Source: Bacillota bacterium
GTDB taxonomy: Bacteria; Bacillota; Clostridia; Oscillospirales; Acutalibacteraceae
Direction: 5' to 3'
Assembly: GCA_029780875.1 (NCBI GenBank)
Contig: JAKOXU010000053.1
Coordinates: 1-43,842 of the forward strand
DNA: 43,842 nucleotides
The translations under genes were made by a program, and so were the position numbers. Of this stretch, positions 1 through 10,221 are shown one piece after another. Positions within the stretch are counted from its first letter, which is position 1. The number at the start of each line of letters is the position of its first letter. The notes under the pieces are model-generated. The model made no database searches. It was not told the origin of the DNA and saw only the letters and a list, made by a program, of their open reading frames with translations.

Positions 1-1
1 C

Positions 2-1357
2 ATAGTGGTTCAGGGCGGAACCTTTTTGAATGACGCGGTGCTTCGTTGCTTTGAAAGGGAACTGGGGATTAATGTGACCCGGCCTTCCATCGCGGGGTTA
101 ATGGGGGCCTTTGGCGCCGCTTTGTATGCCCGGGATGCTGGGTTGACAAGCTCTTCGCTGCTGTCAAGGGAACAGCTTTACAGCTTTAATCATACCTCAA
201 AGTCGGCTACCTGCAAGCTGTGTGGCAACAGGTGCCACCTGACAATCAGCAGCTTTGGGCACGGGAGAAGATATATTTCCGGCAACCGCTGTGAGCAGCC
301 TTTGGGGCGGGGCGCCAGTCAAGATTTGCCCAATATATATCAATATAAGCTAGAGAAATTGTTGTCTTTGAAAGGCAAGGAAGGGCCACGGGGCAAAATA
401 GGGATACCTTTTGGCCTTAATATGTACGAAAACCTGCCCTTTTGGCACGCCTTTTTGACGGAACTCGGGTTTGAGGTAGTGTTGTCGCCCAAATCCGACA
501 GGGCACTTTATCTTAAAGGGCAGCACACCATTCCTTCCGATACCGTGTGCTACCCCGCAAAGCTCATGCACGGGCATATTGAGGCTTTGCTGGAAATGGG
601 CGTGGATACAATTTTTTATCCCTGTATGCCTTACAATTTCAATGAAAAGAAGGGCGACAACCACTATAACTGCCCGGTTGTGGCCTATTATCCGGAGCTG
701 CTGGCAGCAAATATGAAGAGCCTCAATAATGTCAGATACCTGATGCCTTACTTTGGGCTTCATAGGCCTAAAGACTTTGTGAAGCGGGCGTCGGAATTTT
801 TCGGAGAGCAGTTTGGCGTTGCCGAAAAGGAGGTAAAGGCGGCGGCTTCAGCAGGGTATAAGGCCTATTCCCGTTGGCTTAAGGATATTCGGGAGCAGGG
901 CCAGCGCATGATTGATTTTGCGAGGAAAAACGGAAAAAAGATAATTGTTTTGGCGGGCAGGCCCTATCATATTGATCCGGAGATAAATCACGGCATTGAC
1001 AAGCTGATGTCTTCCTATGACATTGTGGTGATTTCCGAGGACTCGATTTCCCACCTTGCGGAAAAGCCCAAAGTCAAGGTCCTGAATCAGTGGATGTATC
1101 ATTCAAGGTTGTACGCTGCGGCAAAATATGTGACACGGCAGGATGATATGGAGCTCGTGCAGCTTGTTTCCTTCGGCTGCGGCATTGACGCTATAACGGG
1201 GGACGAGGTGCGCGATATTTTGGAAAAGGGCGGCAAGCTTTATACCCAACTCAAGATTGACGAGATAAACAATTTGGGGGCCGTTAAAATAAGAATCAGG
1301 AGCCTTTTGGCGGCAATGGAGGCAAGGGAAAGAAAAATCAAGGAAAACATTGCGTAA
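2..1357 (+). CDS. CoA-substrate-specific enzyme activase family protein, C-terminal part (5' end lies outside the window)
   Basis: The reading frame is open to the left edge. It starts in a VVQGGTF.N.AVLR motif typical of the end of a BcrAD/BadFG-type ATPase domain. It continues into a CYPAKL...FYPCMPYN region typical of the activase-associated DUF2229-like domain. Confidence 0.7.
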   Translation: MVVQGGTFLNDAVLRCFERELGINVTRPSIAGLMGAFGAALYARDAGLTSSSLLSREQLYSFNHTSKSATCKLCGNRCHLTISSFGHGRRYISGNRCEQPLGRGASQDLPNIYQYKLEKLLSLKGKEGPRGKIGIPFGLNMYENLPFWHAFLTELGFEVVLSPKSDRALYLKGQHTIPSDTVCYPAKLMHGHIEALLEMGVDTIFYPCMPYNFNEKKGDNHYNCPVVAYYPELLAANMKSLNNVRYLMPYFGLHRPKDFVKRASEFFGEQFGVAEKEVKAAASAGYKAYSRWLKDIREQGQRMIDFARKNGKKIIVLAGRPYHIDPEINHGIDKLMSSYDIVVISEDSISHLAEKPKVKVLNQWMYHSRLYAAAKYVTRQDDMELVQLVSFGCGIDAITGDEVRDILEKGGKLYTQLKIDEINNLGAVKIRIRSLLAAMEARERKIKENIA

Positions 1358-1420
1358 AGCAATTTACTTTACAGCCTGAAAAGCTGCAGATTTTCGGCAG
1401 GAAAGGAATGGTTCCGCGAA

Positions 1421-2707
1421 ATGGCTGAACTTATTTACGATAAAGACGGGCGGCTGCTCTTTACAAAAGAAATGAAAAAGGAATATACCCTTCTAATACC
1501 CATGATGCTGCCTGTTCATTTTACTATGCTCAAGCGTTGCCTTGAGATGGACGGGTATAAGGTGGAGTTGCTGACCACTACCCACAGGGGAATAATTGAT
1601 GAAGGGCTGAAATATGTCCACAATGACACTTGCTATCCCGCACAGTTGGTAATCGGGCAGCTTATTGACGCCATAAAGAGCGGCAAATACGATGTCAACA
1701 AGATAGCCCTTCTCATTACCCAGACGGGCGGGGGATGCAGGGCTTCAAATTATATTCATCTTTTAAGAAAGGCCCTTAAAAAGGCGGGGTTTGATTTTGT
1801 ACCCGTGATTTCGGTTAATCTTTCGGGGCTTGAGAGGAACCCGGGGTTTTCACTTAATTTAAGCCTTATCAGGCGGTTTGTTTTCGGCATTATTTACGCC
1901 GACTTGATTGTGAATGTGGCAAATCAGTGCCGGCCCTACGAGGTTGAGAAGGGGTCTACCGACGCCTTGGTGCAAAAATGGATAGACTATCTGATTGAGG
2001 AGTTTAAAAATACAAAGAACCTGAACCGGAAAAAGGTCAGGAGCAACATGGAGCTTATTATGGCGGACTTCGCGGCGCTGCCTGTAAATCGGGTACCCAA
2101 AATCAAGGTTGGTGTCGTGGGGGAAATTTATATTAAATACGCGCCTTTGGGCAACAATAACCTTGAGGATTTTTTGTTGTCGGAAGGTTGCGAGCCGGTG
2201 GTGCCCGGTCTTATTGATTTTCTTATTTTCAAGGTCGACAACAGGATGGAGGATGTGAGGATCTACGGGGGCAAGTGGATTAAAAAGGTGCTGGCCGGCC
2301 TCTTTCGCAGATACCTTGAAAACTGTCAAAAGCTGATTATTGAGGCGATTTCAAAATACCCGCAGTTTGTAGCGCCGAAGAGCTTTTCTCATTTAAAGCA
2401 GCTTGTCAAGGGCTATGTGGGGTATGGCAACAAAATGGGAGAAGGCTGGCTGCTGACTGCGGAGATGTTGGAATTGATAGATTCCGGGGTGAATAATATT
2501 GTGTGTACCCAACCTTTCGGGTGCTTGCCCAACCACATTGTGGGCAGGGGCATGATCAGGGCGATAAAGGAGCGACACCCCATTGCGAATATCGTGGCCA
2601 TTGACTATGATTCAGGCGCCACGCGAATAAATCAGGAAAACCGCATTAAACTGATGCTTGCTAACGCTAAACTGAGCCTTGAAAGGTCAAAAGAAGCGGC
2701 AGGTTAA
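1421..2707 (+). CDS. 2-hydroxyacyl-CoA dehydratase-like / activase-associated protein
   Basis: 428-aa ORF with DTCYPAQLVIGQ, TQTGGGCRASNY and TQPFGCLPNH motifs typical of the HgdB/YjiM-like family. It sits 63 nt downstream of the activase gene. Confidence 0.65.
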   Translation: MAELIYDKDGRLLFTKEMKKEYTLLIPMMLPVHFTMLKRCLEMDGYKVELLTTTHRGIIDEGLKYVHNDTCYPAQLVIGQLIDAIKSGKYDVNKIALLITQTGGGCRASNYIHLLRKALKKAGFDFVPVISVNLSGLERNPGFSLNLSLIRRFVFGIIYADLIVNVANQCRPYEVEKGSTDALVQKWIDYLIEEFKNTKNLNRKKVRSNMELIMADFAALPVNRVPKIKVGVVGEIYIKYAPLGNNNLEDFLLSEGCEPVVPGLIDFLIFKVDNRMEDVRIYGGKWIKKVLAGLFRRYLENCQKLIIEAISKYPQFVAPKSFSHLKQLVKGYVGYGNKMGEGWLLTAEMLELIDSGVNNIVCTQPFGCLPNHIVGRGMIRAIKERHPIANIVAIDYDSGATRINQENRIKLMLANAKLSLERSKEAAG

Positions 2708-2757
2708 GGGAAAATTTTAACGGCAGTATTGCACCCTCGTTTGGGCAAAATAGGTAC

Positions 2758-3504
2758 ATGGGGGTGGCTGTATTGCGTTTCGATATTGAATTTTTCAATG
2801 TGTCTGACGATGATGAGGAGGAGAAGGAAAGCGAAAACTCTCCCGAAGGGCAGTCACAGCAGATTGTGGATACGGGGTCTGTTACGGTAAGGAGCAAGTA
2901 TCCCATCCACTGCCTTACGATTATAGGGCAAATTGAGGGGCATTATGCCCTTGCGCCGAACAATAAAACTACCAAATACGAGCATGTGATTCCGCAAATT
3001 GTGGCGGTGGAGGAAAGCAAGGAAATAAAGGGGCTGCTGCTTTTGCTCAACACCATTGGCGGGGATGTAGAGGCCGGCCTTGCCTTGGCGGAGCTGATCG
3101 CGGGCATGAAAAAGCCTACCGTATCCCTTGTGCTGGGGGGCGGGCACTCTATCGGCGTGCCCCTTGCGGTGTCGGCAAAGCGTTCCTTTATAGTGCCGTC
3201 AGCTACCATGACAATTCACCCCGTCAGGCTAAATGGATTAGTCCTTGGAGTTCAGCAGTCGCTGAACTATTTTGAAAGGATGCAAAACAGGATAACGCGG
3301 TTTATAACCAGCCACTCCAAGATTTCTGCTGAAAGGCTGGATGAGCTGTCAAAAAACACCAGCGAGCTTGTAATGGATATAGGCTCAATACTCGACGGAG
3401 AGGCAGCGGTAAAGGAAGGGCTGATCGATGAGATCGGGTCTTTGTCCGATGCGCTGGAGTGTCTATATAATATGATTGAGGAAAATGAGGAAAAGTCAAA
3501 TTAA
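2758..3504 (+). CDS. tepA: Clp-fold serine protease-like protein (TepA/ClpP family)
   Basis: Acidic N-terminus followed by IIGQIEGH...LLLLNTIGGDVEAGLALAELI...GGGHSIG, which resembles the TepA/YmfB family. The ribosome-binding site (SD) at the ATG is weak, so the start is uncertain. Confidence 0.65.
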   Translation: MGVAVLRFDIEFFNVSDDDEEEKESENSPEGQSQQIVDTGSVTVRSKYPIHCLTIIGQIEGHYALAPNNKTTKYEHVIPQIVAVEESKEIKGLLLLLNTIGGDVEAGLALAELIAGMKKPTVSLVLGGGHSIGVPLAVSAKRSFIVPSATMTIHPVRLNGLVLGVQQSLNYFERMQNRITRFITSHSKISAERLDELSKNTSELVMDIGSILDGEAAVKEGLIDEIGSLSDALECLYNMIEENEEKSN

Positions 3505-3542
3505 TTCCGCCCTTGGCGGAAGGTACATATAGGAGCAGGGTT

Positions 3543-4454
3543 ATGACAATTATTGAGGCGATTTTGCAGGGAATCATTCAAGGGGCTACCGAATTTTTGC
3601 CTGTGTCGAGTTCGGGACATTTGTCGGTTTTCCAATACTTAACCGGCAACAACGGCGAAATGTCGGTTGCCTTCGATGTGATGTTGCATGTAGGCACTCT
3701 GGTTGCCGTTTTTGTCGTTTTCAGAAAGAGGATTTGGGAACTAATAAAGGAGTTTTTCTTTCTTTTGCGGGATGTCTTTACAGGGAGGTTTTCCATCAAA
3801 AATATGGACCGCAGCCGAAAGATGCTGTTGTACTTATTTGTTTCCACATTCATGACGGCCCTTGTTATGCTGATTCCCCTTCCGGGCGGAAAAAAGCTCA
3901 TGGATGTATTTGAAGGGGTTGCCGGCGACGGGAATATTGTGGTGGAAGGTTTTTGCTTTTTATTTACCGCCGCACTGTTATTCTTTGCCTCAAAGCAGGC
4001 GGAGAAAAGGGCGGGCAAGGATATGGATATAAAGGACGCCATCGCCATCGGGCTCATGCAGGGAGTGGCGGTGCTACCCGGAATTTCCCGGTCGGGTTCC
4101 ACAAGTTCAGTGGGGCTAATAAGGAGACTTGATCGGGAGGAAGTAATAAACTATTCCTTTATATTGAGCATACCGGCCATTTTGGGGGCGGTCCTTGTAA
4201 AGGCGGGGGATATAAAAGATGCACTATCAAGCGGCGCGGCTGGTATAAGGCTATTGCCTTTACTCGTGGGGATGCTTGTGGCTGCCATTGTTGGGGTGCT
4301 TGCCATCAAATTGGTTGCCTATGTAATTAAGACAAATAAGCTGAAAATCTTTGCATATTATTGTTTAGTCCTTGGGATTGTCGTTGTGACGGCAGGGATT
4401 TTGGAAATAGTGCTCAATCATCCGCTGCAGAAGTACTTTTCGGGTATTTTTTAG
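3543..4454 (+). CDS. uppP: undecaprenyl-diphosphate phosphatase
   Basis: N-terminal EAILQGIIQGATEFLPVSSSGHL and internal PGISRSG motifs in a polytopic membrane protein. I prefer the ATG at 3543 (AGGAG 8 nt upstream) over the ORF-track start at 3513. Confidence 0.9.
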   Translation: MTIIEAILQGIIQGATEFLPVSSSGHLSVFQYLTGNNGEMSVAFDVMLHVGTLVAVFVVFRKRIWELIKEFFFLLRDVFTGRFSIKNMDRSRKMLLYLFVSTFMTALVMLIPLPGGKKLMDVFEGVAGDGNIVVEGFCFLFTAALLFFASKQAEKRAGKDMDIKDAIAIGLMQGVAVLPGISRSGSTSSVGLIRRLDREEVINYSFILSIPAILGAVLVKAGDIKDALSSGAAGIRLLPLLVGMLVAAIVGVLAIKLVAYVIKTNKLKIFAYYCLVLGIVVVTAGILEIVLNHPLQKYFSGIF

Positions 4455-4473
4455 GCTGAAAGGATGAGATACC

Positions 4474-6786
4474 ATGGCAGGAAGAAAAAAAGGCAGGACA
4501 ACGAAAACAGGGAATATCAAAAGGGAAAAGGAAAAGGGCAAGGAAAGAAAAAATAGGCAGGCGTCGGCCGTTGTGCTCTTTGCCTTTGCCGTTCTGCTTA
4601 TGTGCATCACTGTGATTGAGGGCGGAAGCTTTTGGAAGCTGATGCACGACACCTTGTTTGGATTGCTTTCCTTCAGCGCATTTTTGGTGCCCGTCATACT
4701 ATTTTACATAGCCATTATCACTGCCTTGGACAAGCCCTTTGGCAAGGTGGCAACGAAACTGTGGCAGGGCGGGCTGTTGGCGGTACTGACAAGCGCCGCG
4801 ATTCAGCTTTTTTCCACTACCCCAGAAAGTTTTGATGGGTTTTTACGCGGCGTTTCCGAGAGCTTTAAATTGGGAAAGGAGCTCAAAGGCGGGGGAGCTA
4901 TCGGTGCAATTGTTGGCAAGCCCATGATGGATTTGTTTTCCCCTGTGGGCAGCCGGATAATAATATGCCTTTTAATGTTTGTGTTTCTGATGCTGGTTAC
5001 TGGAACTACTCTCATGCAGCTTATTGATGCTATTGTGGGAATCTATAAAAGGTTGGCTAAGAAAAAGGAGAGGCCCGAGGAAGAGGAGGAAATTGAGGAG
5101 GAAAAGCCCGAACCCAAGTTCAATATAGATGTGCCATTGGAAAACGGGGCTGAGAACGCCGCGACTCCCGAGCAGGATTTAACTCCTTTGGAGAGGCTCG
5201 AAAAGGCGGTTGGTGAAAGCCAGCAAACAGAGGAGATAAAGCCTGAGGATTTAGAGACAAAGTCAGAGGCCGAGAGCAGGGCTAAGACTTTTGGGATAGA
5301 GTCTCCCGTGCGGGCAGGTGAAGAGCAGAGTGAATATGCTTTCCCTCCCATTGGCCTTATGGATATGCCAAAGGGGCCCAGTCAGTCGGATATTTCACAG
5401 GAGTTAAAATCCAATGCCTCAAGGCTTATTGATACCTTGAGGAGCTTTGGCGTTGAGGCCAAAATCGTGGAAATAAGCAGAGGGCCAGCTGTAACTCGTT
5501 ATGAGCTTCAGCCGGCGCCGGGAGTTAAAATCAGCAAGATTACAAGCCTTGCCGACGACATAGCCTTGAATCTTGCCAGCGCCGGGGTGCGCATTGAGGC
5601 TCCCATTCCCGGCAAGGCGGCGATTGGAATTGAGGTTCCAAATAAAAAGGTGAATATCGTGTCGATTCGGGAGTTGGTTGACACCGCGGCCTTTAGGATG
5701 TCAAAAAGCAAGCTGACTATTGCTTTGGGCAAGGATATCGCCGGAAATGTGACCTATGCCGATATTGCAAAAATGCCTCATGTGCTTATTGCAGGCGCTA
5801 CCGGGTCGGGAAAATCGGTGTGTATTAACTCCATAATCTTGAGCCTGTTATATAAAGCTTCCCCACAGGATGTCAGAATGATTTTGATTGACCCTAAAGT
5901 TGTGGAGCTTGGGGTTTACAACGGCATACCTCATCTTTTGGTGCCGGTGGTGACGGATCCCAGAAAGGCTGCCGGCGCATTGGGCTGGGCAGTTTCCGAA
6001 ATGCTTGAAAGGTACAGGGTTTTTGCCGAAAACAATGTGAGGGATTTGAGAAGTTATAACGCTTTGGCGGAAAGGCGGGAAGACCTGCAAAAGCTTCCCC
6101 AGATTGTCATTATCATCGACGAGTTGGCAGACCTTATGATGGTGGCGCCAAATGAAGTTGAGGACAATATCTGCAGGCTTGCCCAGATGGCAAGGGCTGC
6201 GGGGATGCATCTTGTGATAGCCACCCAGAGGCCTTCTGTGGATGTCATCACAGGTATTATAAAAGCCAATATCCCCAGCAGGATTGCCTTTGCCGTAAGC
6301 TCCATGGTGGATTCCCGCACCATTCTGGATATGGGAGGGGCGGAAAAGCTGATGGGCAAGGGCGATATGTTATTCCATCCCGTGGGGGCGGCTAAGCCTA
6401 CCCGTATTCAGGGCTGTTTTGTCAGTGACCGGGAAGTGGAGGCTGTGGTGAGCTTTATCAAGGCTTCCTGCAAGACCGAATACGACGAGAGCGTAAGTGA
6501 AGGCATTGATAAGCATTCCGTGCCCGTCAAGGGCAAAGGCGGGGAAATTGACGAGGAATTTGACGAATTGCTGCCTAAAGCGATAGAGTGCGTTGTTGAG
6601 ATGGGTGAAGCTTCCACATCTATGCTCCAGAGAAGGCTTAGGATTGGATATGCCCGAGCGGGACGGCTCATGGATGAGATGGAGCAGAGGGGTATAATCG
6701 GGCCCCATGAGGGCAGCAAACCACGCCAAGTGCTTATCACCAAGAACCAGTGGCTGGAAATGAAGATAAACGACGATATTATTTAA
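4474..6786 (+). CDS. ftsK: DNA translocase FtsK/SpoIIIE
   Basis: 770 aa with N-terminal TM segments, an acidic linker, Walker A (GATGSGKS), [11 protein letters not shown], and a C-terminal winged-helix gamma domain ([18 protein letters not shown]). Confidence 0.95.
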   Translation: MAGRKKGRTTKTGNIKREKEKGKERKNRQASAVVLFAFAVLLMCITVIEGGSFWKLMHDTLFGLLSFSAFLVPVILFYIAIITALDKPFGKVATKLWQGGLLAVLTSAAIQLFSTTPESFDGFLRGVSESFKLGKELKGGGAIGAIVGKPMMDLFSPVGSRIIICLLMFVFLMLVTGTTLMQLIDAIVGIYKRLAKKKERPEEEEEIEEEKPEPKFNIDVPLENGAENAATPEQDLTPLERLEKAVGESQQTEEIKPEDLETKSEAESRAKTFGIESPVRAGEEQSEYAFPPIGLMDMPKGPSQSDISQELKSNASRLIDTLRSFGVEAKIVEISRGPAVTRYELQPAPGVKISKITSLADDIALNLASAGVRIEAPIPGKAAIGIEVPNKKVNIVSIRELVDTAAFRMSKSKLTIALGKDIAGNVTYADIAKMPHVLIAGATGSGKSVCINSIILSLLYKASPQDVRMILIDPKVVELGVYNGIPHLLVPVVTDPRKAAGALGWAVSEMLERYRVFAENNVRDLRSYNALAERREDLQKLPQIVIIIDELADLMMVAPNEVEDNICRLAQMARAAGMHLVIATQRPSVDVITGIIKANIPSRIAFAVSSMVDSRTILDMGGAEKLMGKGDMLFHPVGAAKPTRIQGCFVSDREVEAVVSFIKASCKTEYDESVSEGIDKHSVPVKGKGGEIDEEFDELLPKAIECVVEMGEASTSMLQRRLRIGYARAGRLMDEMEQRGIIGPHEGSKPRQVLITKNQWLEMKINDDII

Positions 6787-6804
6787 AGGTTTGCGTATTG
6801 GAAT

Positions 6805-7737
6805 ATGAGCAGAGGAAAGCCAAATAAACTGAAAATTGCCTATGCCCTTTTGGCGGCGGTTTTGCTGTCTCTCACGCTATTGATTTCCGCAGCGCCGCAT
6901 TTGGGTTTGCCTATCCCTGCGTGGAGCGACCTTTTTGAGGCTTTTGGGATAGAGATAAAGGCGGAGAATGCCCCCTTTTCTCTTCATGTTATCGATGTGG
7001 GGCAGGGAGACTGCATTTTGGTAAAGTCCGGCGGTACTGCAATGCTTGTGGACGCAGGCAGCAGGGGGAACGATGCCAAGATTTTGGCGTATTTGAAAAA
7101 GCAAGATGTCAAGAGACTGGATTTTGTTGTGGCAACTCATCCTCATGAGGACCATATCGGGAGCCTTGACAAGATTATCTCGGCAATGGATATTGGGGAG
7201 ATTATTATGCCGAGGATGTCTTCGGGCGCTACTCCTACCACCCGAACCTATGAAAGCCTGCTAGATGAGGTGGAAAAAAAGGGTATGACGATAACCGCCG
7301 CAAAGGCGGGTTTGAGTTTCGATTTAGGGGATGCTGCCGTCAGGGTTTTGTCGCCAATAAAGGACTATGGTAACGACTATAACAATATGTCGGCAGTATT
7401 ACACATTCAATACAAGCAGTGTTCCTTTATGCTGGTGGGGGACGCCGAGAGCAAGGTTGAAAAGGATATAATCGGCGCCTATGACGATATTGAAGCCGAT
7501 GTCCTAAAGGTAGGACATCATGGGAGCAAGACTTCCACCACAGGGGCATTCCTTGAGGCAGTGAACCCGAGGTATGCCGTGATTTCAGTAGGAGCGGGAA
7601 ACAGCTACAATCACCCTGATGACAGTATCCTTGACAGGCTGCGGGCAGGGGGGATAAAATATTTCCGCACCGACTTGAATGGTACCGTTATGGTATTGTG
7701 TGACGGGACAGATATTGAGATTAAGACGGAAAAATAA
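6805..7737 (+). CDS. ComEC/Rec2-related MBL-fold metallo-hydrolase with N-terminal membrane anchor
   Basis: Contains HVIDVGQGDC, ATHPHEDHIG, VGHHGSKTS and an N-terminal hydrophobic segment. Confidence 0.8.
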   Translation: MSRGKPNKLKIAYALLAAVLLSLTLLISAAPHLGLPIPAWSDLFEAFGIEIKAENAPFSLHVIDVGQGDCILVKSGGTAMLVDAGSRGNDAKILAYLKKQDVKRLDFVVATHPHEDHIGSLDKIISAMDIGEIIMPRMSSGATPTTRTYESLLDEVEKKGMTITAAKAGLSFDLGDAAVRVLSPIKDYGNDYNNMSAVLHIQYKQCSFMLVGDAESKVEKDIIGAYDDIEADVLKVGHHGSKTSTTGAFLEAVNPRYAVISVGAGNSYNHPDDSILDRLRAGGIKYFRTDLNGTVMVLCDGTDIEIKTEK

Positions 7738-7754
7738 TTTGAGGAGGGCTTTTC

Positions 7755-7976
7755 TTGCGTGAGCTGATTGTTGACAGGTTTGAGGGAATATACTGTATAT
7801 GCGAGGACAAAGAGCGAAAACTTTTTGCCCTGTCCGTTGCCGATTTGCCCGAAGGGGTGGCCGTGGGTGATGTGTTAATTGTGGACGACGAAAATGGCAC
7901 GGTGATAATCGACAAAGAGGCGACGGAGAAGCGGCGGGAGGAAATTAGAAAAAAGGAAAACAGGCTATTTAAATAA
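7755..7976 (+). CDS. DUF3006-like small protein
   Basis: 73-aa ORF with a TTG start 6-7 nt after GAGGAGGG. The DRFEG...CE...LP.G...GDV pattern matches DUF3006, which commonly follows ComEC-like MBL genes. Confidence 0.6.
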   Translation: MRELIVDRFEGIYCICEDKERKLFALSVADLPEGVAVGDVLIVDDENGTVIIDKEATEKRREEIRKKENRLFK

Positions 7977-7979
7977 AAG

Positions 7980-8012
7980 AGGCGGAAAGCAAATCATGCT
8001 TTCCGCCTTTTA
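7980..8012. terminator. bidirectional intrinsic terminator between the DUF3006 gene and the MerR gene
   Basis: AGGCGGAAAGCA (7980-7991) pairs with TGCTTTCCGCCT (7997-8008). It is flanked by an A-run upstream and a T-run downstream. Confidence 0.75.
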
Positions 8013-8022
8013 GATTGATGTG

Positions 8023-8784
8023 TCATGAGCAGTAAATTTTGAGGGCCTCGTAGAAAAACTCCGTGGCGCCGGGGGCAATTTTTTCGTAGTATGATTTGAA
8101 ACGCTCGTCGGTTACATACATAAGCCCCAAATTTTTGTGAGCTTCCTTTGAATAGGCGCCCTCCTGCCAGAACATGCAGAGCCATTCCTTGTGAAGCTCG
8201 CAAGCCTTTTGTGCAAGTTCCCCGGCAGGGTCGCCGGTTTCCATGGCTTTCTTTATAGTATCGTTGATTTCCTGTGACAGTCTTTCAACCTTTTCGTACT
8301 GCTCCTGTGTCATTGACATTATTTTTGCGTTGGAGGAGTCTACGGTTTCATCCCCGAATTTTTCCCGGGCTTCTTTGCCGTATTTTTCTTCGTTTTCCTC
8401 GATCAGCTTTTTCTTGAAACCTTCAAATTTTTCATGATCGCCCATTTCGTATTCTCCTTTCAGTGATTTCAGAGTTTTGCTGACATTTGAAATCAGCCTT
8501 TCAATTTGTTCTTTTTTTGAGATGAGGGAGTTAAGGTGGCTTTGCAGTGCCCTTTCCCTATTAAAATCCGGGGCTGTTATGATTTTTTTGATGGTTTTAA
8601 GGTCAAGCCCCAGTTCTCGGAAAAAGAGTATCTGCTGGAGTGCGTCCACCTGCTCCCTTTCGTAAACGCGGTACCCGTTTGGGGCTACCCTTGCCGGCGG
8701 GAGCAGCCCGATTTCGTCGTAATACCGCAGGGTGCGGGTGCTGATATTTGCCATGCTTGCAAGCTGATGCACTGTATATGCCAT
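8023..8784 (-). CDS. MerR-family transcriptional regulator with TipAS-like C-terminal domain
   Basis: MAYTVHQLASMANISTRTLRYYDEIGLL is a MerR helix-turn-helix. The start was moved to the ATG at 8784 (GGGGGTGAG SD), because the longer ORF-track start at 9087 runs into the SEDS gene. Confidence 0.85.
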   Translation of the reverse strand: MAYTVHQLASMANISTRTLRYYDEIGLLPPARVAPNGYRVYEREQVDALQQILFFRELGLDLKTIKKIITAPDFNRERALQSHLNSLISKKEQIERLISNVSKTLKSLKGEYEMGDHEKFEGFKKKLIEENEEKYGKEAREKFGDETVDSSNAKIMSMTQEQYEKVERLSQEINDTIKKAMETGDPAGELAQKACELHKEWLCMFWQEGAYSKEAHKNLGLMYVTDERFKSYYEKIAPGATEFFYEALKIYCS

Positions 8785-8804
8785 TTTCTCACCCCCGTAA
8801 AAGT

Positions 8805-8835
8805 AGTATAAACTATTACGCAGCGTAAATGTCAA
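8805..8835 (-). promoter_or_regulatory. MerR-type promoter: TTGACA, 19-bp spacer, TATACT, with a dyad in the spacer
   Basis: On the minus strand, TTGACA is at 8835-8830 and TATACT at 8810-8805, with a 19-nt spacer (8811-8829). The spacer contains the inverted repeat TTACGC-N1-GCGTAA (8816-8828). Confidence 0.6.
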
Positions 8836-8844
8836 CAACTTTTT

Positions 8845-8876
8845 TGAAAAAATAAAAACCGCCCTTTTGAGGCGGT
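8845..8876 (-). terminator. intrinsic terminator of the SEDS gene
   Basis: On the minus strand, ACCGCC-tcaaaag-GGCGGT is followed by TTTTTATTTTTT. Confidence 0.7.
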
Positions 8877-8897
8877 GAGCTATCTTTGCTGTTCTGT

Positions 8898-10037
8898 TTA
8901 CATATAGCTGTCGGCGAAGGATTTGGGATGGGAGTGGGTGTAAACCGACAATACAAGCCCAAGGCCGATGAAGTTTGCCAGGGTAGAGGTGCCTCCCGCG
9001 CTGAAAAAGGGCAGGGTGATGCCGATTACGGGCACAAGGGAAACGTTCATGCCGATGTTGATGATGGTTTGGAAGAATAACATGCAAAATACTCCGATGC
9101 AGATAAAGGAGCCCATTCGGTCCCTTGCATGAGAAGCGGTGCGGAGTATTCTCAGCATAATTGCGGCGAGTATGATGAGTACCGCAAGGGCGCCTAAAAA
9201 GCCCAATTCTTCTCCGGCTACCGAAAAGATAAAGTCGTTGTAGTTTTCGGGGACAAAACCGTTTTGAGTGCGGGGGCCGTTAAAGAGTCCACGGCCAAAA
9301 AACCTGCCCGAACCGATGGCTATGCGGGCCTGCCACTGCTGCCAGCCGATGCCGGTAATGTCCCGTTCCGGATTGAAAAGAGACAAAATGCGCTCTTTTT
9401 GGTGTTTGGCTATAATGCCCGAAAACCAAGCGACAGGCAAAGCAATCCCCGTTGTTATGAGGGTAATTACAAAATATCTGGCTCTCACGCCGGCGGCAAA
9501 CATCATGCCGATGAATATCAGGGCGAAGATTAGGGCTGTGCCGTCATCCCCTTGGAAGTGTATGAGCAGTACCGGCGCTGCCCCGTGCAGACAAAGAAGG
9601 ATAAGGTTCAGGGGGCTATTGAGGTTTTCGTGGACATGGTTTAGGTGCCGGGCAAAGGTGATGATAAAGGCAATTTTCAGAAACTCCGAGGGCTGTACGC
9701 TCATGCCGCCAGGCAGCATTATCCATGCCTTGTCGGAAGCTGAGCCGTGCTGAACTCCAATGATAAATGTCAGTAGCACAAAGGTGACGGCAAGGGGAGT
9801 TATGACCTTCCATAAAAAGCCGATGATTTCATAGTCAATTTTTGAAATAAAAATTGCCACTGTCATGCCTATCAATATGGCAAAGAGCTGGACCAATACC
9901 TGTCTTGAGGAGTTAAGGCGCAAGGTGGCGCTGTAAATAAGGAGAAGGCCGTAAAAAGAGGCAGCAAAGACCAAAACCCACAATACTTTGTCGGTTTCCC
10001 GTATGTAGTTGGTGATTACTCTGAGCACCTTTTTCAT
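8898..10037 (-). CDS. SEDS-family peptidoglycan glycosyltransferase (FtsW/RodA/SpoVE)
   Basis: 379-aa polytopic membrane protein with the typical SEDS C-terminal region (GITLPFFSAGGTS). RodA, FtsW and SpoVE cannot be told apart by eye. Confidence 0.85.
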   Translation of the reverse strand: MKKVLRVITNYIRETDKVLWVLVFAASFYGLLLIYSATLRLNSSRQVLVQLFAILIGMTVAIFISKIDYEIIGFLWKVITPLAVTFVLLTFIIGVQHGSASDKAWIMLPGGMSVQPSEFLKIAFIITFARHLNHVHENLNSPLNLILLCLHGAAPVLLIHFQGDDGTALIFALIFIGMMFAAGVRARYFVITLITTGIALPVAWFSGIIAKHQKERILSLFNPERDITGIGWQQWQARIAIGSGRFFGRGLFNGPRTQNGFVPENYNDFIFSVAGEELGFLGALAVLIILAAIMLRILRTASHARDRMGSFICIGVFCMLFFQTIINIGMNVSLVPVIGITLPFFSAGGTSTLANFIGLGLVLSVYTHSHPKSFADSYM

Positions 10038-10221
10038 GGATTGTTTTACCGCCTTTGAAGAAAAATACTATGGCACAAGGAAATTTTACTACAACATCTT
10101 GTCAAAATCAAGCAAAGATGAGGCAGAATGTGTTAAAAAGGCTTTATTAAAGGAGGAATTTTGTGTTATAATAAGGCGTGTTTGATATGCAACTGATTTT
10201 ATGGAAAAGTGTGGGAGAGAA

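Noticed and set aside
8785-9087. 101-codon N-terminal extension of the MerR ORF (ORF-track start at 9087)
   Set aside because: The extension overlaps the 3' end of the SEDS gene and its terminator, and it is His/Arg-rich nonsense. The MerR HTH begins right after the internal ATG at 8784, which has a strong SD.
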